Below are positions 48,398-57,090 of a stretch of DNA of 64,000 bases, piece by piece. The notes under the pieces were generated by a model. It had not been told where the DNA came from. It did no database searches and saw nothing but the letters and a program-made list of their open reading frames with translations. The position numbers and the translations under genes were made by a program. The stretch lies in the NCBI GenBank assembly GCA_963666205.1, contig OY762654.1:1664001-1728000 (forward strand). Reading direction: 5' to 3'. Each line of letters begins with the position of its first letter. Position 1 is the first letter of the stretch. The DNA comes from Synergistales bacterium. GTDB lineage: Bacteria; Synergistota; Synergistia; Synergistales; JAFGMB01.

Positions 48398-50743
48398 ATG
48401 ATGAATTTTAGAACTGTGAAGTTGTTATTAGCTCTTGTAATTGTATTTTTTGTTGGTATTTCAGCAGGATGGGCTGATACACTTACTGTAACAAACTCCT
48501 CCGATTCTGGAGCAGGATCCCTGAGACAAGCAATTGCTGATGCAGCTGAGGGAGATACTATAGATTTTAGCAGTGATTTAGAGAGTATCACCCTGTCTGG
48601 AACGCTGGTTATAAGCAAAAACATCACCATTATGGGATCCGGTGCTGGCACCCTTTCCATCAATGGGGGTGGCAACTGCAGGATATTTGAGATCGAGAGT
48701 GGAGCCTCAGTTGATATTTCCAACCTTTCCGTAGTAAGCGGTGATGCGACAGTATATGCAAGAGGTAAGAATGGCGGAGGGATATTGTTAGGGAACAATG
48801 CTGCACTCAGCTTGAATGGCTGTACCTTTGAAGATTGCAGGGCCAGACTTGGCGGAGCTATTACCTGCGTAAATGGAAGCAGTACTAATATTGAAAACTG
48901 CACTTTCAAAAACAATGAAGCTGTTGGAGATGCAAACAGTATCCCAACAGAAGGTTACGGTGGCGGGATCTATACTGGCGCAAACAGCGCCTCTTTAACC
49001 TACCTTTCTGTAACTGATTCAAATTTTTACGGCAATAAAGCCAGGGATTACGGTGGCGGTATTTACAATATCAGGGACTCAAATGCTACTGTTACAAACT
49101 GCAATTTCAGCGAAAACACTGCCGGAGTTAACGGCGGCGGTATTTGGAATTACTCAGAAAGTCTAACCCTTTCCGGATGTACCTTCAGCAATAATAGTGT
49201 AACTGATGGGGGTGGCGGAATATATAATGTTTCTCCAGGTCTTGCCGTGCTCCTGAACTGTACTATTACACGCAATATAGCCTCATCAGAAGATGGAAAT
49301 GGGGGCGGGGGGATTTACAATAGATCCGGGTACCTTAAAATCTCAAACTGTACTATTTCCGATAATTATTCTCCTAAAGGTGCCGGGATATCGGGTAGGG
49401 ATGGTACCGTTGCCCTGAAAAATACCATAATCGCCTTTAACAATGGTGAAGTTTCCAGAGATGTTTATATTATTCCTGGTGGTTCCTGTGTATATGGTAA
49501 TGGCTCAGGTTACAACCTTGCAGGAAACGTTCCTGAAAGCTGGTTCATGAATTATGGGGATATCATCCTCTCTGCCGATATTACCTCATCCGATGTTTTT
49601 TCAGGTTTAGAAAACGGTCCTGAAGCCGGTGCTCCTGGGGATACAGAAAAAATGCAGGTACTTGCACTGAAGGCTGGGGCATTGGCGGTGGAGGCAGCCC
49701 ATTGGTTCGACCTCCGTGAACAATTAGTTTCCGAAGACCAGCGCGGTGTATCAAGGCCCCAGGGATATTACAATGACATAGGTGCTTTCGAGCTTGAGCT
49801 TGCATCCTATTCCATAACCACCTCCTCTACTTCCGGCGGCGGAAGCATTTCTCCCGAGTCAGCGGATGTTCCAGAGGGAATGGATCAGTCCTTCACGATA
49901 ACCCCCTACGACGGTTTTGTCATAGAGGAACTTAATGCTGACAGGCAAAGAGTCGATTTTATTGCCCAGGGCGATACCTACATCTTTAATAATGTTTCGT
50001 CAGACCATGAACTTGAAGCCAGCTTTATGGTAGACCCTGCCATGATGGAAGAAGCAGGGATTGAAGATTTTGGTATAACGGGAACGGACAAAGGACCCCT
50101 TGCAGACCCGGTAACTATCACTAAGCAGGACCTGCTTTCTATCAGTGTGGAAAAAGTGGACTTGGCTGAACTTGGTGCAGGCATACCAGAGGGGAATTTT
50201 GTGACCGGCCTTTCCTTCGAGATGGAATTTGATTCACCCGATATGGGAAATGCAGTCACCCAGGTGGATCTGGTGTTGGAAATATCCAGAGACCTTCTCG
50301 GTACAGATACATGTGCTGCCATCGATGCAGGAGACGACCTGGAAGAGGCATTCTTTGAAAACGTGTCCCTGTATAAAATAGTTAGTCCGGATGTGTATGA
50401 CCTTTTCGAAGTTGCATCAGAGGATCAGGATCCCTATGATTTCTTTGAAGTATCCAGTGATGACAGTGGTTATTATGTGTCCATGATTCTAGTCATAGCC
50501 GATGAAGCTGCGCCAGAGGGAGAAGCATGCGTTCAGGCCCTTTTGGAAGGGCAGGATAGGTTCTTCTTTGTCTATGATGGAACTAAGGACGGCTGTTTCA
50601 CAGATCCCATAGTGGCGGCAATAAAAACTGCAGACGAGATTACAGAAAGCGGTACAGGCGGTGGAGGCAGCTGCAACGTGGGGACCTTACCCTCAGCATT
50701 CGGGCTTCTCATGGTGCCGTTACTCTTCCTGCTTCGCAGGTAA
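48398..50743 (+). CDS. Surface protein paralogous to 44042-46723 (Pmp-like beta-helix, Synergist-CTERM)
   Basis: VTNSSDSGAGSLRQAI, GGGIYN repeats, DQRGVSRPQG, identical tail. Confidence 0.9.
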   Translation: MMNFRTVKLLLALVIVFFVGISAGWADTLTVTNSSDSGAGSLRQAIADAAEGDTIDFSSDLESITLSGTLVISKNITIMGSGAGTLSINGGGNCRIFEIESGASVDISNLSVVSGDATVYARGKNGGGILLGNNAALSLNGCTFEDCRARLGGAITCVNGSSTNIENCTFKNNEAVGDANSIPTEGYGGGIYTGANSASLTYLSVTDSNFYGNKARDYGGGIYNIRDSNATVTNCNFSENTAGVNGGGIWNYSESLTLSGCTFSNNSVTDGGGGIYNVSPGLAVLLNCTITRNIASSEDGNGGGGIYNRSGYLKISNCTISDNYSPKGAGISGRDGTVALKNTIIAFNNGEVSRDVYIIPGGSCVYGNGSGYNLAGNVPESWFMNYGDIILSADITSSDVFSGLENGPEAGAPGDTEKMQVLALKAGALAVEAAHWFDLREQLVSEDQRGVSRPQGYYNDIGAFELELASYSITTSSTSGGGSISPESADVPEGMDQSFTITPYDGFVIEELNADRQRVDFIAQGDTYIFNNVSSDHELEASFMVDPAMMEEAGIEDFGITGTDKGPLADPVTITKQDLLSISVEKVDLAELGAGIPEGNFVTGLSFEMEFDSPDMGNAVTQVDLVLEISRDLLGTDTCAAIDAGDDLEEAFFENVSLYKIVSPDVYDLFEVASEDQDPYDFFEVSSDDSGYYVSMILVIADEAAPEGEACVQALLEGQDRFFFVYDGTKDGCFTDPIVAAIKTADEITESGTGGGGSCNVGTLPSAFGLLMVPLLFLLRR

Positions 50744-50844
50744 GTCGATTTTAGATTGCCGATTTTAAATTTTGGATTAAAATCATAAGTTCAAAAACCA
50801 GAAACAAAAACCCTTCAAGCCGGGCAGATTCATCGCCCGGCTTG
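49859..50844 (+). repeat. ~985-bp near-identical direct repeat, copy B
   Basis: See 45839-46824. Confidence 0.95.
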
Positions 50845-50845
50845 C
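50744..50845 (+). repeat. Trailer repeat copy 4
   Basis: Same as copy 2 apart from the hairpin loop region. Confidence 0.92.
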
Positions 50846-50881
50846 TTGCACTAAATAACTTTTATTTCAATCCATGGATCT

Positions 50882-50945
50882 GGGACCTGAGTCCTGAAAT
50901 GTTGAGACATAAGTCCCGATAAAAGATTACAAAATACGATATAGT
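50882..50945 (+). promoter_or_regulatory. Paired operator plus -10 box, cassette 4
   Basis: GGGACCTGAGTCCT-N8-GAGACATAAGTCCC-N22-TATAGT. Confidence 0.65.
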
Positions 50946-50988
50946 GAGAACTGTTATAGCTTTTATCTGAAAAGTCACCCAACTTTAT

Positions 50989-51131
50989 ATTCAGCAAGGG
51001 CAAAACCGCCGAAAGGCGGTGACGCAAAGCCACGGGTCTAAAGCCTCAAAAGGAAATGATCGCCGGGTTGCCGATGCAGTTCATTTGCCCTTTATGAGTA
51101 TTATCTCCGGGCAGAAAGATCCGGGGATTTT
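50989..51131 (+). ncRNA. c-di-GMP-I riboswitch (G20) with terminator
   Basis: GGGCAAAACCGCCGAAAGGCGGTGACGCAAAGCC...GGGTTGCCGA. Confidence 0.95.
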
Positions 51132-51276
51132 GTTATTTACAGGTGTTTCTCTAATTGAATTCTCAACCATTTTCTAATTGAGGAGAGGTTCATCCTGTCC
51201 ATATCTTTTGAGAGTTGAAGATCTGATATTTGAATCATTACATAATTCCATACTTTTTCTAAAAAGGAGAGATACC

Positions 51277-53598
51277 ATGTTGATGAGAAGACTTAGTATT
51301 GCACTGGCCATGATATTGCTGTTTTCATTCTCCGCATTTGCAGTTGAGATGAGTGTTGAAACCGTTGATGAAGGAAGTACCCAGGGCTACAGCTCTTCCC
51401 TTGCAATTGATGAGGACGGTAACCCCCACATATCTTTTAAAGCAGATTCACAGATCCTCAAGTATGCTTATTTCGATGGAGATGAATGGGTTACACAGAA
51501 CGTGGTGGAGGGATCTAGTTATATTAACCAGACCTCAATCGCCCTGGATTCAGAAGGAAACCCATGTATTGCCTTTCAGAGAGGCGCCTATCCCGACAGC
51601 TCTGTAATGTTCACATCCTTCAACGGCAGCATCTGGGAGACAGTATCAGTTGATCAGGGTTACTCCGGTACGGGAAATACCCTCTCCCTCGCATTCGACA
51701 ATAACGGTGATCCGGGTATTGCTTATACTTATTACGATCAGGAGGATTCATCTGTTCTCAGGTTCGCAAAAAGGGAAAATGGCTCCTGGTCTCGGGATAC
51801 CGTTAATTCCGACGACCATTCTTATTCAAACAAATGCACCCTTGCATTCAGCAGTACAGGTGTGCCCTTCATAGGTTATGGATATTTTACTGATACCTAT
51901 GGAGATACCTGTAATATGTATTATTCATGGCTCGATGAGAATACCGCTCAGTGGCAGATGGAGTTAGTAGACGATCCTATGACCAAAACGGCTTATCAAA
52001 CTTCCACCATGGCTCTTGATACCAACGATAATCCTCACTTCGTTTATTCTGCCAATGATGACGACTCTCTTAGATATGCATTCAAAAATGGAGAAAGTTT
52101 TTCTTTTTTGACTGTTGAAAACGCAGACAGGATTGGACACTACTCATCCCTTGTAATTGATGATGAAAACGTTCCCCATCTTGCATACTGTGCTTTTTCG
52201 GGCGAAAGTGACCTGAAATATGGAGTTCTTCAGGGAAATTCATGGGTAACAAGTGTTGCCGATTCCCAGGGTGATGTGGGAACCTTCCCCTCTATAGCTC
52301 TTGATCCGTCGGGCAATCCCTGTGTCAGTTATCTCGAAGCAGATGATTATGACCTTCAGTATGCCTGTAAAAATGGACAGGAATGGGATGTGCAGACCGT
52401 TCCCATCGAGGGAAAGAGAAGAGGTTCCTGCCCCGAGATAGCCCTGAATTCAAAGGGTGAGCCCAGCCTGGTCTATATGCTTCAGGATACAAGAGCCATG
52501 CTGTTTGCCTCAAAGGATGGAAACGAATGGGAAAGATCCACAATAATTTCCTTCGAAGACCTGGACTCGGGCCATTATTTAAGGGATCCTTCCTACATTA
52601 TCGATGAAGATGATAATGATCATCTGCTTTTTGTATCAGACGATGTGCTTACATATGCGGTAAGGACAACTGATGCATGGGACTTTGAATCCATATCTTC
52701 CGATATTGAGTGCTGGGAATGTGATCTTGCTATGGATAGTTCAGTATGTCCCCATGCTGCTTTTAATATGAGTGAATATCTTGTTATTCCCAGCGGAATG
52801 TCCTCCTCTGCACAGTACACAAGCAATCTGTGGTACGGCACAAAGATCGATTCGGGCTGGGAATTTGAGAGAATTGACATCGGGCGGGTGGATAATATCG
52901 ATATGGTTCTTTCTGAAGATGAAAAAGCCTTCATATGCTATTTCGAAGATAACGAAGATGAGTTGAAGTATTGTGTTCAGAACGAGGTCAGTTGGGACAT
53001 TGGTGTAGTTTCTTCAGATCTGAGGGATGTCCATTCTCTTTCCCTCGAAATGGATTCCTCCGGCATTCCTCACCTGGCCTTTATTTCAACGAATCAGACT
53101 TCCGAAAGTGTTCCACTCAGAGAATCTGAAGTCGTAAGTTATTCGTATACATTGAACCATGCCATATTCTCTGGCAATGATTGGATCATTGAGAAAGTAG
53201 ATGATCTGAAATTTAGTGGAGGTGTAAGGCAGATCAAAATGGTCTTTGACTCCCTTGATAATCCTCAGATAGTATACGGGACAGGTTCTTTCGGGATGCA
53301 GGGGGGAACCGATTCTGACATTAAGGCTGAATTACGATACGCCTGGTTTGACGGTGAGTCCTGGAACAAGGTGATGCTGGATGAAAATTACCTTACCTCC
53401 TTTGCGTCATATTCCACTGTGGTCCTCAATTCAAATGATGTGCCTCACATAGCATATTTCACCGGCACAGGTTTGAATTATGGTACTTTAACATTCGAGG
53501 ATGTTGCAACCGGTGGCGGCAGCACCTGTAACGTGGGGGTCTTCCCGGCAGCATTCGGGCTTCTGATGGTACCGTTACTCTTCCTGCTGCGCAGGTAA
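51277..53598 (+). CDS. Surface beta-propeller-repeat protein with Synergist-CTERM
   Basis: AAGGAG RBS before ATG 51277; repeated SLAxDxxGxPHIxY..L(K/R)YA...W blades; tail GGGSTCNVGVFPAAFGLLMVPLLFLLRR. Confidence 0.88.
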   Translation: MLMRRLSIALAMILLFSFSAFAVEMSVETVDEGSTQGYSSSLAIDEDGNPHISFKADSQILKYAYFDGDEWVTQNVVEGSSYINQTSIALDSEGNPCIAFQRGAYPDSSVMFTSFNGSIWETVSVDQGYSGTGNTLSLAFDNNGDPGIAYTYYDQEDSSVLRFAKRENGSWSRDTVNSDDHSYSNKCTLAFSSTGVPFIGYGYFTDTYGDTCNMYYSWLDENTAQWQMELVDDPMTKTAYQTSTMALDTNDNPHFVYSANDDDSLRYAFKNGESFSFLTVENADRIGHYSSLVIDDENVPHLAYCAFSGESDLKYGVLQGNSWVTSVADSQGDVGTFPSIALDPSGNPCVSYLEADDYDLQYACKNGQEWDVQTVPIEGKRRGSCPEIALNSKGEPSLVYMLQDTRAMLFASKDGNEWERSTIISFEDLDSGHYLRDPSYIIDEDDNDHLLFVSDDVLTYAVRTTDAWDFESISSDIECWECDLAMDSSVCPHAAFNMSEYLVIPSGMSSSAQYTSNLWYGTKIDSGWEFERIDIGRVDNIDMVLSEDEKAFICYFEDNEDELKYCVQNEVSWDIGVVSSDLRDVHSLSLEMDSSGIPHLAFISTNQTSESVPLRESEVVSYSYTLNHAIFSGNDWIIEKVDDLKFSGGVRQIKMVFDSLDNPQIVYGTGSFGMQGGTDSDIKAELRYAWFDGESWNKVMLDENYLTSFASYSTVVLNSNDVPHIAYFTGTGLNYGTLTFEDVATGGGSTCNVGVFPAAFGLLMVPLLFLLRR

Positions 53599-53700
53599 GT
53601 CGATTTTAGATTGCCGATTTTAGATTTTGGATTAAAAATATAAGTTCAAAAACCAGAAACAAAAACCCTTCAAGCCGGGCAGATTCATCGCCCGGCTTGC
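53599..53700 (+). repeat. Trailer repeat copy 5
   Basis: Near-identical to copies 2, 4 and 6. Confidence 0.92.
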
Positions 53701-53736
53701 TTGCACTAAATAACTTCTATTTCAACCCATGGATCT

Positions 53737-53800
53737 GGGACCTGAGTCCTGAAATGTTGAGACATAAGTCCCGATAAAAGATTACAAAATACGATATAGT
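53737..53800 (+). promoter_or_regulatory. Paired operator plus -10 box, cassette 5
   Basis: GGGACCTGAGTCCT-N8-GAGACATAAGTCCC-N22-TATAGT. Confidence 0.65.
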
Positions 53801-53843
53801 GATATCTGTTATAGCTTTTATCTGAAAAGTCACCCAACTTTAT

Positions 53844-53987
53844 ATTCAGCAAGGGCAAAACCGTCGAAAGGCGGTGACGCAAAGCCACGGGTCTAAAGCC
53901 TCAAAAGGAAATGATCGCCGGGTTGCCGATGCAGTTCATTTGCCCTTTATGAGTATTATCTCCGGGCAGAAAACCCGGAGATTTTTT
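53844..53987 (+). ncRNA. c-di-GMP-I riboswitch (G20) with perfect terminator
   Basis: Aptamer as above; ATCTCCGGG-CAGAAAA-CCCGGAGAT-TTTTT. Confidence 0.95.
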
Positions 53988-54135
53988 GTTTGAGGAGAAC
54001 AATTTCTCTAATGGAATTCAGAATAGATTTTCACATTTTCCCGGGAGGTGGTCGGAACAACTTGTTTTTTAAGGGATGGAGCTTTATTTCAGTTAAATTA
54101 AACCTTTCATAAACTTTTATAAGGAGAGATGAATA

Positions 54136-55332
54136 ATGAAAAGATTAAGTATTTTCCTTGTCCTGTTATTCTGCATGTTCTGTATTTGCGGCACCTCCTT
54201 TGGATATGTGGTCTACTCCGAGGATTTTGAGGCTTTGGATGGAGGATATATCCATAGCGGGACTGGAGATTGCTGGCAATGGGGAACCCCGACAGCATGG
54301 CCCAATGCAGCGGCTTCAGGCACGAATTGCTGGGGAACCAATCTGGCTGGCAACTATGCGAACAACGCAAATTTCTCTCTTGTTTCGGGCTGGATAGATC
54401 TTACTGCCTACCCGGCAGGGACACCACTGACCCTCAAATGGAAACAGGCCCTGGACATAGAAAGCTCAACCTGGGACAACGCTTCCTGCTCGGGTGAAAC
54501 CGATGTCCCTGAGACTGAAATTTTTTGGCAGCACAGTGGGAGTAGCATTACTTACGGCTGGACAGAGGTTTCTGCTGACATCTCCTTCGCTGCAGGTAAA
54601 CAGTTCAGGTTAACCTGGAGATTTTCTACTGACGGCAGTATTACATACGACGGTCTTTTTATCGATGATGTGATGATCGAAGTCTCAATATCCCCAGCTA
54701 CGGATCCTGATCCGGAAGATGGTTCCAGCGGCAATTCATACGAAGATCCTGTCCTTTCCTGGGTATGTGAATCGGCTGACTCTTTCGACCTGTATTTCGG
54801 AACCGCCTTGGATGATCTTGACCTGATCTCTGAAGATATGACAGTGACCTCCTGCGACCTGCCCCTTCTTGAGCAGGGTACAACCTATTACTGGCGGGTG
54901 GATGTCGCATCTGGAGATATAGCTGTATCTGGAGACCTGTGGTCCTTCACTACCCTCCTGGAGAAACCGGCTTCCCCGGATCCCTCGAACGGAGCGGATG
55001 ATGCAGTAAATGCGGATGTAGTCCTCTCCTGGGAGCATCTTTCAGATAACGTTTCTTTCGATGTCTATTTCGGACTGACTTCGGATGATATGGAAGTCCT
55101 TGCGACCGGGATCTCTGAAGGATCGGTGGTTTTAGAGGATGATCTGGATTTCCTAACTGAATATTTCTGGAGAGTTGATGTCAGGACAGAAGATGCAGCG
55201 GAATCCGGAGACCTCTGGAGCTTTACCACAGCGGATGAGAGGGTGTCTGGTAGTGGAGGATGCAACGCCGGTTCAATACCGGCAGCATTCGGGCTTCTCA
55301 TGGTACCGTTACTCTTCCTGCTTCGCAGGTAA
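54136..55332 (+). CDS. Surface protein: signal peptide, jelly-roll/MAM-like domain, two Fn3-like domains, Synergist-CTERM
   Basis: EDFE...WQWGTP...NCWGTNL..Y; two YxWRVD...GDLWSFTT repeats; tail GSGGCNAGSIPAAFGLLMVPLLFLLRR. Confidence 0.88.
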   Translation: MKRLSIFLVLLFCMFCICGTSFGYVVYSEDFEALDGGYIHSGTGDCWQWGTPTAWPNAAASGTNCWGTNLAGNYANNANFSLVSGWIDLTAYPAGTPLTLKWKQALDIESSTWDNASCSGETDVPETEIFWQHSGSSITYGWTEVSADISFAAGKQFRLTWRFSTDGSITYDGLFIDDVMIEVSISPATDPDPEDGSSGNSYEDPVLSWVCESADSFDLYFGTALDDLDLISEDMTVTSCDLPLLEQGTTYYWRVDVASGDIAVSGDLWSFTTLLEKPASPDPSNGADDAVNADVVLSWEHLSDNVSFDVYFGLTSDDMEVLATGISEGSVVLEDDLDFLTEYFWRVDVRTEDAAESGDLWSFTTADERVSGSGGCNAGSIPAAFGLLMVPLLFLLRR

Positions 55333-55433
55333 GTCGATTTTAGATTGCCGATTTTAGATTTTGGATTAAAATCATAAGTTCAAAAACCAGAAACAAAAAC
55401 CCTTCAAGCCGGGCAGACCATCGCCCGGCTTGC
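55333..55433 (+). repeat. Trailer repeat copy 6 (array right end)
   Basis: Hairpin loop AGACCATC identical to copy 1. Confidence 0.92.
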
Positions 55434-55454
55434 TCTTATCTTTAGGAATCGACC

Positions 55455-55480
55455 GCAGGATGGGCTTCAGCCCATCCTGC
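55455..55480. repeat. REP-like palindrome / possible bidirectional terminator
   Basis: GCAGGATGGGCT-TC-AGCCCATCCTGC. Confidence 0.6.
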
Positions 55481-55491
55481 TTTCCGGTCTT

Positions 55492-57090
55492 TCACGATTG
55501 AGGAAGTACTTCCACTTTGACTTCGAAATTTTCTCCGAAGGTTTTTTTAAAGAACTTCTGCTGGTTCTCCAGGGCCCAGAGCTCTATTTCATAACCCTCA
55601 AGGGCCTTTATATTCAACACAAGTCTTCGGGCGTGACGAGAAAACCATGCCTCCTGTATCAACTGATGATGACTGCGGTCAAGGCTTTCTGCTATTGACA
55701 GGAGCATGCTCAGTACCTTTACCGTTTCCCTGGATCGTGGATCAAGGCCTGAAAACTCCGGATGTTTGTTCCTGGGGTATTTTCTGCTGTGATAAAAGGC
55801 GGTGCTGGCCATTATTGCTATCTCACGGGAATAAAAGCCAAGAAGCTCCGCATTTCTGATGATGTAATAGGTATGGGCGTGGTGGTTGACGAAGGAGAGG
55901 AACATTCCCACATCATGGAGCATGGCAGAATATCTGAGAAGTTCTCCCTCTTCATCCCCTAGACTGTGAAGCGCCGATTCCCGGCCACTTTCGAACAACT
56001 GGACTGCCAGTCTCGAAATATGCCGGCCATGGGTTTCGTTGAAACCGCAGCTCCTTCCAAGCTGGAGAACGCTCTGTTCGCGCACTGATATCCGAGGTTT
56101 GGCTTCAAGATAGCCGTATTTCCCCCGGATAAGGTAATCATGTAGCAGTCCGTGTCTCAGGTTTCGTCGGCTTATATGGATCTCCTCAAGTCCCATCTCC
56201 TCCATCAGGGTGTGAAGGATTGCGGCACCTGGAATGATAATGTCGGCCCTCCGGGGGTTCATTCCGCGGACCTTTGCAAGATCCTGCAAAGAAAGTGAAC
56301 ATAACAGTTTTACGGTATTGTCAAGTTCCTGGAGAGAGAGTACTTCCTGCCCCTCCTCGACATCGATTCGCTTTCCCTGGATATTGTTGCGCCTGGCTAT
56401 TTCATAAAGTGTCTCGATGGTCCCCGAGCTGCCTATTGCAAGGTGGGATTCCGTATCCCTGAACCGCTGTATGCTTCTGAGAGCGGAATTGCGGACATGC
56501 TGCTGAAGCAGGTCATAATTATCCATATGAACGGGGCCCTGATCTTCTTCAGGAAAGAACATGTTCTTCAGCCTTACCGCGCCGAGTTTCATGGAATCCA
56601 GGGAAAAGTATTCGAACTGATTTCCCAGAATTGTTTCTGTACTTCCTCCGCCGATGTCCAGAAACATGGCAGTTTTATCCCCGAGATGAAATCCGCTTGA
56701 TACACCCAGGTATATGAGCCGCGCTTCCTCGAGGCCCGAAATGACATTCAGATCAAGGTCTGCTTCGTTCTTTACCCTGTCAATAAACTCATCCCGATTC
56801 TGGGCATCCCTGGTTGCGGATGTTGCAACTGCCCACAGGTCTTTTGCGCCCAGGTTGGCGGACATCTCGACAAAACGCTTCAAGACCAGTATGGTACGGT
56901 CCATGGCTTCCTTGCGGAGCACACCCCGGGTGAACTCCCCTTCTCCAAGGCGTACCATGACCTTATGCTGGTTAATGATGGTATATGATCGATTGGGGTT
57001 GAGGCGGACCACCATAAGTCTGACGGAGTTTGTTCCCAGGTCGATGAGTCCTACCACGTTCCCCGATTCCACATTCAGATTTGGTCCCAC
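55492..57090 (-). CDS. ppx: Exopolyphosphatase Ppx/GppA with HD domain
   Basis: IDLGTNSVRL, ATSATRDA, ISGLEEARL, DIGGGSTE, LHDVG. Confidence 0.93.
   Translation of the reverse strand: MGPNLNVESGNVVGLIDLGTNSVRLMVVRLNPNRSYTIINQHKVMVRLGEGEFTRGVLRKEAMDRTILVLKRFVEMSANLGAKDLWAVATSATRDAQNRDEFIDRVKNEADLDLNVISGLEEARLIYLGVSSGFHLGDKTAMFLDIGGGSTETILGNQFEYFSLDSMKLGAVRLKNMFFPEEDQGPVHMDNYDLLQQHVRNSALRSIQRFRDTESHLAIGSSGTIETLYEIARRNNIQGKRIDVEEGQEVLSLQELDNTVKLLCSLSLQDLAKVRGMNPRRADIIIPGAAILHTLMEEMGLEEIHISRRNLRHGLLHDYLIRGKYGYLEAKPRISVREQSVLQLGRSCGFNETHGRHISRLAVQLFESGRESALHSLGDEEGELLRYSAMLHDVGMFLSFVNHHAHTYYIIRNAELLGFYSREIAIMASTAFYHSRKYPRNKHPEFSGLDPRSRETVKVLSMLLSIAESLDRSHHQLIQEAWFSRHARRLVLNIKALEGYEIELWALENQQKFFKKTFGENFEVKVEVLPQS

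Noticed and set aside
45839-50844. Diversity-generating retroelement TR/VR pair
   Set aside because: Differences include T/C and T/G changes, so they are not adenine-specific; both copies are coding and no reverse transcriptase is present.
51178-51276. Upstream TTG start for the beta-propeller gene
   Set aside because: The strong RBS and signal peptide fit ATG 51277.
50851-53888. Duplicated 60-aa minus-strand ORFs (50851-51033, 53706-53888) and the 85-aa ORF at 43733
   Set aside because: They are shadows of the repeated promoter/riboswitch DNA, with no RBS or protein features.
43445-55433. Integron cassette array (trailer as attC)
   Set aside because: No RYYYAAC/GTTRRRY core sites recognised, no integrase in the window, and each cassette has its own promoter.
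43445-55433. CRISPR array or shufflon
   Set aside because: Repeats are ~100 bp, direct, and separated by kilobase genes; there are no cas genes, invertase or inverted crossover sites.
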